Under the pieces are notes generated by a model that was not told the origin of the DNA, searched no databases, and saw nothing but the letters and a program-made list of their open reading frames with translations. Both the position numbers and the translations under genes were made by a program. A stretch of 64,000 nt of DNA from Candidatus Peregrinibacteria bacterium. GTDB lineage: Bacteria > Patescibacteriota > Gracilibacteria > UM-FILTER-43-11. Below are positions 39,000 to 47,910 of the stretch, in pieces (the stretch's first letter is position 1; each line of letters opens with the position of its first letter). The stretch spans positions 39,119-103,118 of the forward strand of contig JAFGTE010000013.1 of NCBI GenBank assembly GCA_016934215.1. Reading direction: 5' to 3'.

Positions 39000-39130
39000 A
39001 AAAAACTCAGCGCGCAGACGATGAGACAGGACTAAGGATTAAGGACTAAGGACTAAGTGCCCCTATCCCAATCAATACCTTAGATGTGTATCTCGGCAGG
39101 TCTTACTAAATGCCTGCTGTCTGCGACAAC
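39000..39130 (-). promoter_or_regulatory. L10 leader (rplJ autoregulatory RNA) with putative terminator
   Basis: Minus strand reads GCAGACAGCAGG-CATTTAGTAAGA-CCTGCCGAG, matching the L10-leader core; downstream CTCA...TGAG followed by TTTTTT. Confidence 0.8.
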
Positions 39131-39172
39131 AAGCATTATATGGGTCTGAGAGCTGAAGTCAAATGTTTTTTA

Positions 39173-40876
39173 TTAAATCGATTTATCAGCCTTTTTGAGT
39201 CGTTCTTCCGCCTGGGGAAAAGAAGAGATGGCATGCAGCATGGCCTGAACACTGGCTACTTTTTCATCTCCGTCGACAGAGTAACCGGTTCTTTCTGTGT
39301 TGGTTGCCATACATCGCATGGTTACCATGGCAACCACTTCTGAATCCGCACCTTCATCTGTATTATAGGTTTCCCAATGAGTCAATTTCAAATTAAGTCC
39401 CAGTTCTTTTTCCAATGTCTCTTCCACAATCGGTAAAGATCCCCCCGTTGAGTCTCCACTTCCAGATTTTTCTTCTCCATTAATGGCATAAGTGAAATCC
39501 AGGTGTGTTCTGCGCTTTCCCCCTTTTTCCTCAGGGACCCGGCTCTTGGGATCAAAGTCTCTCAAATAAATCAGTTTGCCGTTTTCAATTTCTGCCCGCC
39601 TCACCACCTCGGGGTTACGGTAAACAAAGGTTCTGATGAAATTTAAACGTCCTTCCTTGCCCGCATAATCAGCATCTTCTCCCCTTTCAATGCTTTTTAG
39701 GTAATCCTCATAAATCCGGCTACAAATAGACAAAGGAAGATGGACCCCCATTTCTCCAAGGACTCCGGCGACTCCACTGCGCCCCATGGCCGGGCCCACT
39801 TTGTAAATATAGGCCGGTGCTCCAAAATCGGCTGGGTTCTTCTTAATGTAGGAATCCGGATCGGCATTGATTTTGTCTGCATGAATACCGGCCGCGGTGG
39901 ATCCGGTTTCATTGCCGACCACCCGGTGCTGGCTGAAATCTATACCAAAAACGGGGGCAGTTACTTCTGCCAAATGGCGCATATGCTCTGGATTTACTGT
40001 GATTTCATTGATCTTACCTGATGTTTGGAAGCGTTGCACTACATGAATTATGTCAGCATTTCCGGAACGTTCACCCACCCCCAGTACTGTCACCCCAAGC
40101 TGACGGGCTCCTGCCCGGTAGGCCTGAATCGTATTTTCTACCGCAAGTCCGTTGTCGTCGTGACAGTGGGCAGCGGTAATCAGTCTCCTGTAAGCAAATT
40201 CGGCGGCCATACCACTGACCAGCTGACTGTAATGTCGATGTAATTTTTCATGCTCATTGGGGTCATCCAGATTGCTGCCGGCCGTTCCATGCGTGTCCGG
40301 ATAATCCAGTGTCAGTTCCAGATTCGTTCGGTATTCAGGAGGTGTGAGTTCGTTAGCCCGTCTGATGGCGGCCTGAGTCAGCTCATCCATAAAACCTAAG
40401 TCTTTTACCTGGCTGGCTCCCTCAAAATAAATGTGCAGTTTTGGTGCCTGGCCGCGTTTAGTGAATTCCTTAATACTGTTTTCAATGCCGGAGGTCATCC
40501 TTCGCATGGCTTCTTCTTTACTCACCCCTTTGGCTTCACGAAGACACTCTGCCGTGGGTGTCAGCATGGACATACGCGCTCTCCCCTGATGAATAGCTTC
40601 ATCCAAAGTGCCTACCGCTTCTACAATGTCTTTTTCGACTCCATCACGTACAAAAGCAGCCAGTTCAATCTGCTTGGTTGTTTTAAAGATCTGGCGAATC
40701 ATATCACGATTAGGCCCACTCGTAGCCATGGGCATTTCGGCCACATTGACACCGGCTTCTTCCAGTGCCACCGCGATTTTAACGGCTTCATCGGTTTTGA
40801 TTTGTTTTTCGGCCGCCTGGGCGCCGTCACGCAGGGTGGTGTCAAAAAATATTACGTTTTCCTGTTCTGGGTTCAT
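39173..40876 (-). CDS. DRE-TIM enzyme of the LeuA/CimA family (2-isopropylmalate or citramalate synthase-like), divergent
   Basis: FDTTLRDGAQ, HCHDDNGLA, GVGERSGNA and AGIH motifs, plus a C-terminal allosteric domain. Confidence 0.85.
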   Translation of the reverse strand: MNPEQENVIFFDTTLRDGAQAAEKQIKTDEAVKIAVALEEAGVNVAEMPMATSGPNRDMIRQIFKTTKQIELAAFVRDGVEKDIVEAVGTLDEAIHQGRARMSMLTPTAECLREAKGVSKEEAMRRMTSGIENSIKEFTKRGQAPKLHIYFEGASQVKDLGFMDELTQAAIRRANELTPPEYRTNLELTLDYPDTHGTAGSNLDDPNEHEKLHRHYSQLVSGMAAEFAYRRLITAAHCHDDNGLAVENTIQAYRAGARQLGVTVLGVGERSGNADIIHVVQRFQTSGKINEITVNPEHMRHLAEVTAPVFGIDFSQHRVVGNETGSTAAGIHADKINADPDSYIKKNPADFGAPAYIYKVGPAMGRSGVAGVLGEMGVHLPLSICSRIYEDYLKSIERGEDADYAGKEGRLNFIRTFVYRNPEVVRRAEIENGKLIYLRDFDPKSRVPEEKGGKRRTHLDFTYAINGEEKSGSGDSTGGSLPIVEETLEKELGLNLKLTHWETYNTDEGADSEVVAMVTMRCMATNTERTGYSVDGDEKVASVQAMLHAISSFPQAEERLKKADKSI

Positions 40877-40897
40877 GATTAATAAAATTATGGAGGT

Positions 40898-40921
40898 AAA
40901 AAAAATCCGCCGGGTGGCGGA
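40898..40921 (-). terminator. Attenuator terminator upstream of the LeuA/CimA-like gene
   Basis: Minus strand TCCGCC-ACCC-GGCGGA-TTTTTTTT, ending 21 nt before the start codon. Confidence 0.88.
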
Positions 40922-40962
40922 GTAATGGTGCAGTTAGTTTTATTATGTGCAAAATTATCCGC

Positions 40963-41016
40963 CTAGGCAGGTTTCTGGATAATAATGCTAATAATGTTCT
41001 GGCTTACTGTGTTCAT
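40963..41016 (-). CDS. Ile-rich attenuation leader peptide MNTVSQNIISIIIQKPA (17 aa)
   Basis: ATG AAC ACA GTA AGC CAG AAC ATT ATT AGC ATT ATT ATC CAG AAA CCT GCC TAG; five Ile codons in six positions; overlaps the attenuator stems. Confidence 0.85.
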   Translation of the reverse strand: MNTVSQNIISIIIQKPA

Positions 41017-41024
41017 CGTGGGCG

Positions 41025-41053
41025 AGTTTAACGAGTGATAAAGAATATGTCAA
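41025..41053 (-). promoter_or_regulatory. Sigma70 promoter driving the leader peptide
   Basis: Minus strand TTGACA, 17-nt spacer, TAAACT, 8 nt before the leader ATG. Confidence 0.7.
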
Positions 41054-41101
41054 ATTTTTTTATCTATTTGCTATACTCATCAGGCAATACTTTATTTTTC
41101 T

Positions 41102-42034
41102 ATGAGACATTACATTGTCAATAAATCAGTGGCAGACACGCGCCTGGATCACTATCTTTCTAAGCAGAAACCTGATTTAACCCGTGCTTTTATTCAGAAA
41201 CTTATTAAAGGCGGTTCGGTTTTCGTGAATAGCAAAAAAATAACCAAGGCCAGCCATAAGCTAAAAGAGGGAGATGAACTTACTATCATCATTCCTTCCA
41301 TCAAAGAAGTCGGCATCGTGGCCGAAGCGATTCCGCTTGATATTGTTTACGAAGATTCCGATATTATTGTGGTGAATAAGCCGGCCGGAATGGTCGTGCA
41401 CCCCACGGATCACGGAGCGCATGTTTCAGGCACGCTGGTAAACGCTTTAATGCACCATTGTAAGGATTTATCAGGCATTGGCGGGGAAAAACGTCCCGGA
41501 ATCGTCCACCGCCTGGATAAAGACACTTCCGGTCTTATTATTTCGGCTAAAAATGATCAGGCACATCAGTTTATTTCAAAACAAATTGAGGGAAGAACGG
41601 TGGTCAAGAAATATTTCACCCTGCTCAAAGGCCATCTGAGCCCCAAAGAAGGCAGTATCGAGGCACCTCTTATAAAAAGCCATGCGGGAGGTAAAAAAGA
41701 TATGCAGATCTCCGGGAAAGCCAGCGCCAAATATGCCCTGACTCACTATAAAGTCGTTAAATATGTGGGTGATTATTCGTTGGTCGAGGTCCGGATTGTA
41801 ACAGGGCGAACTCACCAGATCCGCGTACATTTTAAGGCTATCGGTCATCCGGTCTGTGGGGACAGTATGTATGGTGATGCCGGGGCAAATGAAAAACTGC
41901 GTGAGCTGGGGCTGACCCGGCAGTTTCTGCATGCCACGGAACTGATTTTTAAACTGCCTAAAAATCAAAAAGAGCTCCACCTGAAGGCTGAGCTCCCGAA
42001 AGATCTGAATGATGTTTTAAAGAAGCTTATTTAA
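41102..42034 (+). CDS. rluD: RluA/RluD-family pseudouridine synthase
   Basis: S4 domain, VNKPAGMVVHP, HRLDKDTSG and GRTHQIRVH motifs. Confidence 0.9.
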   Translation: MRHYIVNKSVADTRLDHYLSKQKPDLTRAFIQKLIKGGSVFVNSKKITKASHKLKEGDELTIIIPSIKEVGIVAEAIPLDIVYEDSDIIVVNKPAGMVVHPTDHGAHVSGTLVNALMHHCKDLSGIGGEKRPGIVHRLDKDTSGLIISAKNDQAHQFISKQIEGRTVVKKYFTLLKGHLSPKEGSIEAPLIKSHAGGKKDMQISGKASAKYALTHYKVVKYVGDYSLVEVRIVTGRTHQIRVHFKAIGHPVCGDSMYGDAGANEKLRELGLTRQFLHATELIFKLPKNQKELHLKAELPKDLNDVLKKLI

Positions 42035-42338
42035 CCGCTGTTACTTCGACCAGACTATAAGGCTGTCTGTGCCCCTGAGTTCTTTCGTAGCGTTTCTTGG
42101 ACTTTTTTTTGAAGACACGGATTTTGGCTGCTTTGCCATGCTCTTTTACCAGCAGTTCCACCTGAGCACCGATGACTCTTGGCTTACCAATATCAGCTTT
42201 CTTTCCCTCAGCACGAAGTAAAACGTTGTCGATTTTTACCTTACTTCCTTCTTTGCTCTCTTTCAGTTTTGGCACTTCGAGTTTATCCCCCTGCCTGACC
42301 TTAAACTGCTTTCCGGCGATTTCTACAATGGCAAACAT
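42027..42338 (-). CDS. rplU: 50S ribosomal protein L21
   Basis: MFAIVEIAGKQFKV and GHRQPY motifs. Confidence 0.97.
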   Translation of the reverse strand: MFAIVEIAGKQFKVRQGDKLEVPKLKESKEGSKVKIDNVLLRAEGKKADIGKPRVIGAQVELLVKEHGKAAKIRVFKKKSKKRYERTQGHRQPYSLVEVTAVK

Positions 42339-42371
42339 GTCTAATAGCGGTTAAAATGCTGGCAAAGTTTA

Positions 42372-43466
42372 TCACTCCTTTTTGGGCTCGTCAAACCTTT
42401 TTAAGAAGTTCCTGAGGAGCTGTGCGCCTTTTTCTGCCCTTTCGCGATAGCGTTTAAGCAACGTATTTTCGTAAACCATGGCGTTATTGTAGCCTAAAGA
42501 CAGGCGCTTGAGATCTTCTTTCAGCTTTTCTCCGGAAAGCTCTGAAACCTGTGAAACATAAGTACGAAGTTCTGATTCTTCAAAAATTTCCTCTGTTTTA
42601 GGAGCATAACTGACGGGCAGTAAAGGGGTCTGGGTCAGAATAGCGGCAATCATAAAATGATAGCGCATGCCGATGGCAAATTCTGCCGTTTCCATGATTT
42701 GAAGGAGGTCCGCAAAGTGGTTAGGAAGATAAAGTTCCCCGCCCAGCTTGCTGACCAGCGGCTCGATCATCTGCATATCGTGTTCTTTAATCTGCTGCAT
42801 CGATACAAATATGAATTCAGCATGTTTGCTTTCTTTTAATTCCTGCAGGAAAGCTGTGAACACTGAAAGAATTTTTGGTTTATATTTGAGCCAGGGGCGC
42901 AATGAGATGATATAAGTTCCTTTACTTCGATTCTGTGTAAAATTCGGTTTTTTAAAAAGAAATACCGGATCAGCCGTTACGTGGATTTCTCCTTTAAATC
43001 CTATTTTCCTGAGAATCTCTGCCGAATACTGATCGCGAACCGTTACGACGTTAGCCTGATGGTAGGCCCAGCGGGTCAGAAAACGGCCAATACGGGTTTT
43101 CAGGGGGCCTATACCCGTCGCACAGATAAAAAGAGGTTTGCTGAGGAGTTTCACCCAAAGAATCTGCCAGGCCCACAGGAAACAGGCAAATAAATAGCTA
43201 TCCTGAAAGAGCCCCCCACCCCCCAGAATCACCACATCACTTTTTTTGAGAGCATGGAATGATTCTCTGAAGCCATTTCGATAAATAGAACGAATTCCCA
43301 ATGGGAAAAGCGGTGCCGCCTGGGTTCCGAAGAGTGGTTTGGTCATTTCGGGATAAGCCGAAAAAACGGTTACTTTATGTCCTGCTAATTCTTTCAGGAG
43401 CGCTGTTAAAATGGCATCGTCTCCAATATTGGTTGCCCCGTAGTTACCTATGACGGCTATTTTCAT
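42372..43466 (-). CDS. csaB: Polysaccharide pyruvyl transferase (CsaB-like)
   Basis: GNYGATNIGDDAIL, GGGGLFQD, TVRD, TADP, GMRYH and SYAPK motifs. Confidence 0.82.
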   Translation of the reverse strand: MKIAVIGNYGATNIGDDAILTALLKELAGHKVTVFSAYPEMTKPLFGTQAAPLFPLGIRSIYRNGFRESFHALKKSDVVILGGGGLFQDSYLFACFLWAWQILWVKLLSKPLFICATGIGPLKTRIGRFLTRWAYHQANVVTVRDQYSAEILRKIGFKGEIHVTADPVFLFKKPNFTQNRSKGTYIISLRPWLKYKPKILSVFTAFLQELKESKHAEFIFVSMQQIKEHDMQMIEPLVSKLGGELYLPNHFADLLQIMETAEFAIGMRYHFMIAAILTQTPLLPVSYAPKTEEIFEESELRTYVSQVSELSGEKLKEDLKRLSLGYNNAMVYENTLLKRYRERAEKGAQLLRNFLKRFDEPKKE

Positions 43467-43487
43467 CCCGCGCTGTTAGAAAATTTT

Positions 43488-44042
43488 CTATTTCTCTTCC
43501 CTTTCCTCTTTTTCGGGTTCCTCTGTACTACCTTCTTTTACTTCTTCCTTTGTTCCTTCTTCTGCTATCTCTTCTTCAGCAGGGACTTCTTCCCCCTTTG
43601 CTTTGGCTTCTTCTGCCAGACGTTTTTTCTCAGCTTCCACGGCTTCTGCGTACAATGCTTCCATTTTGGCTTCTTCTGCCGCTCTTTCTTCGTCAGTTAC
43701 ATGTTTTTCGGAAAGACGCGCGGATTTACCAAAGCGTTCGCGCATGTAATAAAGCTTTTGTCTTCGGACATTTGCCTTTTTAATTATGCGAATTTTAGTG
43801 ATATTCGGCGAATGAAAAGGAAAAACCTTCTCCACTCCGATTCCTTCAACAATTTTGCGAACCGTAAAAGTCTTTTCCACCCCCGCCCCATGACCAACTT
43901 TAATAACGAGCCCCTGAAATTTCTGAATTCGTTCTTTACTTCCTTCTGTAACTTTCTGGCTAACCTCAACCGTATAACCGGTTTTTATTTCGGGGACTTT
44001 TTTTAGGTTGGCCTTTGTGGCAGCTTCAATAGTAGGGTGCAT
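43488..44042 (-). CDS. rplS: 50S ribosomal protein L19 with acidic C-terminal extension
   Basis: KERIQKFQG, TFTVRK, GVEKVFP and VRRQKLYYMR motifs. Confidence 0.96.
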   Translation of the reverse strand: MHPTIEAATKANLKKVPEIKTGYTVEVSQKVTEGSKERIQKFQGLVIKVGHGAGVEKTFTVRKIVEGIGVEKVFPFHSPNITKIRIIKKANVRRQKLYYMRERFGKSARLSEKHVTDEERAAEEAKMEALYAEAVEAEKKRLAEEAKAKGEEVPAEEEIAEEGTKEEVKEGSTEEPEKEEREEK

Positions 44043-44107
44043 TGGATGATAATTTAAAAAAGCTTGTGTATTTTAGAGGCCTTCAGACGTTTTTGCAAGT
44101 GAAATTG

Positions 44108-44680
44108 CTAAACCATCTTAGCAAGTTCTTTCTTCAGTTTGTTGATCAGAGTGATATTACCCTCCGCTCTCAGAATTTCTTTCACGAACTTATCATTACA
44201 CTCCAAACGGTAAAGAAAGTCTTTCCTGGAAATAATGGTGAATTTAATATCTTTCTTCCCCTTGATCGATTCATCAAGGTATTTCTGCAATTTCTTTTTA
44301 TCGATTTCACCTACAATCAGGAGGTCGATATTAGAGATTTTACCAACGAATTTTCCGGAGAGCAGCAAGAGATCGACATCTCCCATCTTGGAAATAGCCC
44401 GCCCCATTTGTTCATCGTTGCTACTGGCCTTTACGAACATATCCCGAAGCTCACCAAAAATGATAAATTCTTTGTTGATGTAATAATATTTTTTACGGTT
44501 ACGCACACGGCTTTTTAAAAGGCCGATTTTTTTGAGATTGTCGAGCTCGCGTCTGACAGAATTTATCTGCTCATCCAGTTTACGAGTGAGTTCACGAATG
44601 AAAAATTCTTCATCGGGGCTCAGAAGAAATGTCCTGAGCAGCTTTACTCGGGCGTTGGAACTGAAGAGTTGTTTGAGCAT
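44108..44680 (-). CDS. Winged-HTH protein with nucleotidyltransferase-like C-terminal domain
   Basis: FSSNARVKLL...IRELTR...NSVRRELDNL wHTH followed by SGKF...IDLLIVG. Confidence 0.7.
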   Translation of the reverse strand: MLKQLFSSNARVKLLRTFLLSPDEEFFIRELTRKLDEQINSVRRELDNLKKIGLLKSRVRNRKKYYYINKEFIIFGELRDMFVKASSNDEQMGRAISKMGDVDLLLLSGKFVGKISNIDLLIVGEIDKKKLQKYLDESIKGKKDIKFTIISRKDFLYRLECNDKFVKEILRAEGNITLINKLKKELAKMV

Positions 44681-44950
44681 AATTCAAAGGTAAAAAGAAC
44701 GAATTATTTTTAAATGGACGGATTTTCGTTTTTTTATTGTTCCTTTTTTGCGTTGTTTTTTTCGAACACACAATTTATACATAGCTCGTTTTCCATTTGC
44801 AAGCTAATAAATTCTAAAATTTTTTTATTTTTAAAAAAACGGCTTATTTAAACCGTTATTTATGGTTGACTAAATATTTTTCTATTTTATATTTAGAATC
44901 CAAATTTTGCTCATGGGCAATTTATTTGTTCTTTTAATTGAACACAAATT

Positions 44951-45193
44951 TTATTCACCTCCTTCTTCACTATTTTCATCCTCGCCTTCAGTTTTTATTT
45001 TTGGCTGTTTCCACCATAAGACCAATAACCCTCCCATGACTGCTCCCAAACCGGCTACCTGTATGAGTACCAGAACCGGATGAGCGTTCGTCGGGATCAA
45101 ATACCAAACACAGGTTGCCCCAAACTGGGCGGCCGCAAGAATCAGCACCATTATTCCTACAATGATCGCACCAACCAAATAGAACTTTCGCAT
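44951..45193 (-). CDS. Small two-TM membrane protein (LapA-like topology)
   Basis: Two hydrophobic helices and an acidic tail. Confidence 0.6.
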   Translation of the reverse strand: MRKFYLVGAIIVGIMVLILAAAQFGATCVWYLIPTNAHPVLVLIQVAGLGAVMGGLLVLWWKQPKIKTEGEDENSEEGGE

Positions 45194-45302
45194 GATTTTA
45201 TTTTTATTTGTAACTCAGAGCTAATGTAGCACAAAGAGCTTTTCTTATCAAGAGCGCTTCAAATCCCCTCAATTTTTTACTGAAGGAAGTGGAATCCAAA
45301 AT

Positions 45303-47837
45303 CTAGTCCAGCTTCCGTTCGATCTTTTCAACTTTAAACACTTCCAATATATCGCCTATTTCTACTGGTTTGGGCGTGGAAATTTTGATACCGCATTCAG
45401 ATCCTTTTTCGAGTATTTTTACGTCTTCTTTCACTACTTTCAGTGACTCTAATTTTGTTTCAAAAAGCGTTTCGCCATTGCGGGTCAGACGCACCATGCT
45501 GCCGGCTTCTACCTTACCTTTCTTTACTTTACAACCGGCAATGACCCATTTCTTTTTGTTCAGGAAAATTTCTTTCACTTCCAACTCTCCAAGTTCAATG
45601 ACGTTGATTTCCGGCGTCAGCATACCGGACATGATGGCTTTAATATCTTCGATGAGTTTGTAGATGATTTCGTAGTTACGAATATCTACGTGTTCCTTCT
45701 CGGCCAGTTTCAGGACATGTTGATTTGCCTTCACGTGAAATCCGATCAACAGTGCCTGACTGGCGGATGCCATCACTACATCGGTGTCCGCAAAATTACC
45801 GACACCAAAGTGAATGACTTTGGCTGCTACATCAGGAGATTTGATTTTTTGGAGAGACTGCATAATGGCTTCCAGTGATCCCTTGGTATCGGCTTTCAGA
45901 ACGATCTTCAAAAAGTTTATTTCACCCGAGCTGATACCTGATACCAGGCGTTCCACCATGGAACCGCTCATTTTTTCTTCACGAGCCGCGTTCATGGTAA
46001 TAAGTTGCTGAGCCCTTTCTTTTGCCACTTTTTCAGATTTAAAGGACTGCAGCAAGTCACCGGCCTGAGGCACTTTAGCCAGCCCTGAAATACGTACGGG
46101 TGTGGACGGAGGTGCTGTTTTTAAAGTCTTGCCTTTATAGTCATGCATGGCTTTTATTTTACCGACTGAAGTGCCGACCACCATACTGTCCCCCACTCTT
46201 AGAGTACCGGTATTAATTAAAATCGTAGCCACCGGACCTAAGGCTTTGTCTAAATGCGATTCAATAACCGTTCCGACCGCCAGCCGATTGGGGTTGGCTT
46301 TGACATCTTCCATTTCTGCCACCAGCAGGATCATTTCAAGAAGTGTGTCAATTCCCTCACCTGTGTGAGCGGATACCGGCACCATAATGTTTTTACCGCC
46401 CCAGTCCTCTGCCTGCAGGCCTTGCTGGACCAATTCACCTTTGACTTTATCGGGATTGGCATTCGGTTTATCCATCTTATTGAGGGCAACAATAATCGGA
46501 ATTCCAGCCTCTTTGGCGTGGTTGATGGCTTCAATAGTTTGCGGTTTAACGCCTTCATCAGCCGCTACCACCAGAATGGCAATATCGGTTGCTTTTGCTC
46601 CGCGGGCACGCATACTGGTGAAGGCTTCGTGTCCGGGGGTATCGAGGAAGGTGATCAGATGACCATTCTTCTCGACCTGATAAGCCCCGATATGCTGTGT
46701 GATTCCTCCCGCTTCTCCCGCTACGACATTGGATTTACGAATATAATCCAGTAATTTCGTTTTACCGTGATCAACGTGCCCCATGATACTGACAATGGGC
46801 GGCCGGGTAATCAGGTTTTCTTTCTCGTCCTGAAGCAGTTTACTGAGGTCTCCTTTGAACATGCTTTCTATATCGGCCTCCTCTTCCTTCCTCTTGATCT
46901 GCACGCCCAGCTCATCCGCAATAATAGCGGCTGTGTCGTAATCCAGCTGCTGATTGATGGTGGCCATCATACCGTTCTTGAGCAGTATGGCAATGACCTC
47001 TGTTACCGGTAAACCGGTTTTTTCCGCAAATTCCTTAAGACTGAGAATGGAAGGAATTTCCACTGTGCCCACCTTGGCTTTGATTTGAGGTTGCGCTTTG
47101 GGGCCACGTTTCTGGCCGGCAGCTCTGTGTTTTTTCTGAGCACGGAAATGTTCACGGTCCTGTTCTTTCATGATCTTCAGCTCTTCCGCACTAAGGTCAT
47201 CAGCCATCTCTTCCTGATAGTCCACTTTGGCAATCCTGATTTTGCGGCCCGGATGCCTTCGGATGATTTCAAGTTCTTCCCCTTGTTCTTCGCGAGCCTG
47301 TTTTCCCCGTCTCTTCTTTTTGGTTTTATAATAAGTTCGGGGGAGTTCTTTGGTCGCTTCTTCTTTTTTCTTTTCAGCGGCTCCAATTTCTATTCGCCGG
47401 GATACATGAAGTGCTTTCCCGCTATCTGAAATGGCTTCGGGGGCGCTTTTGGGCACGTGACTGCGATCGGCCCTTCTTTCTTCTTTTTTTTCTTCCTTTT
47501 TCTCGTCCAAGCTGGCTTCTTTTCGCTTTTTGGCTTCGATTTCTTCCTTCTCCTTTTTGGTCATGGCCCGTTGAGGCTTCTTTTTTTCTTCCTTCTTTTT
47601 TTCTTCAGCTATATCTTCTTTCTTTTTAGCCACCTTGCCATCTTTCATAATAACGGTGATCTTTCGGTTCTTGAGTGTCGGTTTAATTTTCCCCTTCAAA
47701 AAACGTATGATTCCGATCGACAGGTTATCATCGATTTCATGGGTACCGGGACTGATACCAAAATTGGTTTTAGCCAGTTCCCGACGCAATTCCTGCGTCG
47801 TTATCTGAAGTTCCCGGGCCATTTCATTTAAATGCAT
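45303..47837 (-). CDS. infB: Translation initiation factor IF-2
   Basis: [26 protein letters not shown] and NKMD motifs. Confidence 0.98.
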   Translation of the reverse strand: MHLNEMARELQITTQELRRELAKTNFGISPGTHEIDDNLSIGIIRFLKGKIKPTLKNRKITVIMKDGKVAKKKEDIAEEKKKEEKKKPQRAMTKKEKEEIEAKKRKEASLDEKKEEKKEERRADRSHVPKSAPEAISDSGKALHVSRRIEIGAAEKKKEEATKELPRTYYKTKKKRRGKQAREEQGEELEIIRRHPGRKIRIAKVDYQEEMADDLSAEELKIMKEQDREHFRAQKKHRAAGQKRGPKAQPQIKAKVGTVEIPSILSLKEFAEKTGLPVTEVIAILLKNGMMATINQQLDYDTAAIIADELGVQIKRKEEEADIESMFKGDLSKLLQDEKENLITRPPIVSIMGHVDHGKTKLLDYIRKSNVVAGEAGGITQHIGAYQVEKNGHLITFLDTPGHEAFTSMRARGAKATDIAILVVAADEGVKPQTIEAINHAKEAGIPIIVALNKMDKPNANPDKVKGELVQQGLQAEDWGGKNIMVPVSAHTGEGIDTLLEMILLVAEMEDVKANPNRLAVGTVIESHLDKALGPVATILINTGTLRVGDSMVVGTSVGKIKAMHDYKGKTLKTAPPSTPVRISGLAKVPQAGDLLQSFKSEKVAKERAQQLITMNAAREEKMSGSMVERLVSGISSGEINFLKIVLKADTKGSLEAIMQSLQKIKSPDVAAKVIHFGVGNFADTDVVMASASQALLIGFHVKANQHVLKLAEKEHVDIRNYEIIYKLIEDIKAIMSGMLTPEINVIELGELEVKEIFLNKKKWVIAGCKVKKGKVEAGSMVRLTRNGETLFETKLESLKVVKEDVKILEKGSECGIKISTPKPVEIGDILEVFKVEKIERKLD

Positions 47838-47910
47838 AAAATCGGAAGATTATTCCTTTCACAAGCTCAAAAAGACTAACAAAAGCTAGAGTTAGTGTAA
47901 AGCTGAAAGA

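Noticed and set aside
44690-44950. Replication origin in the AT-rich spacer
   Set aside because: No clustered DnaA boxes (TTATCCACA) were seen, and dnaA/dnaN are not nearby.
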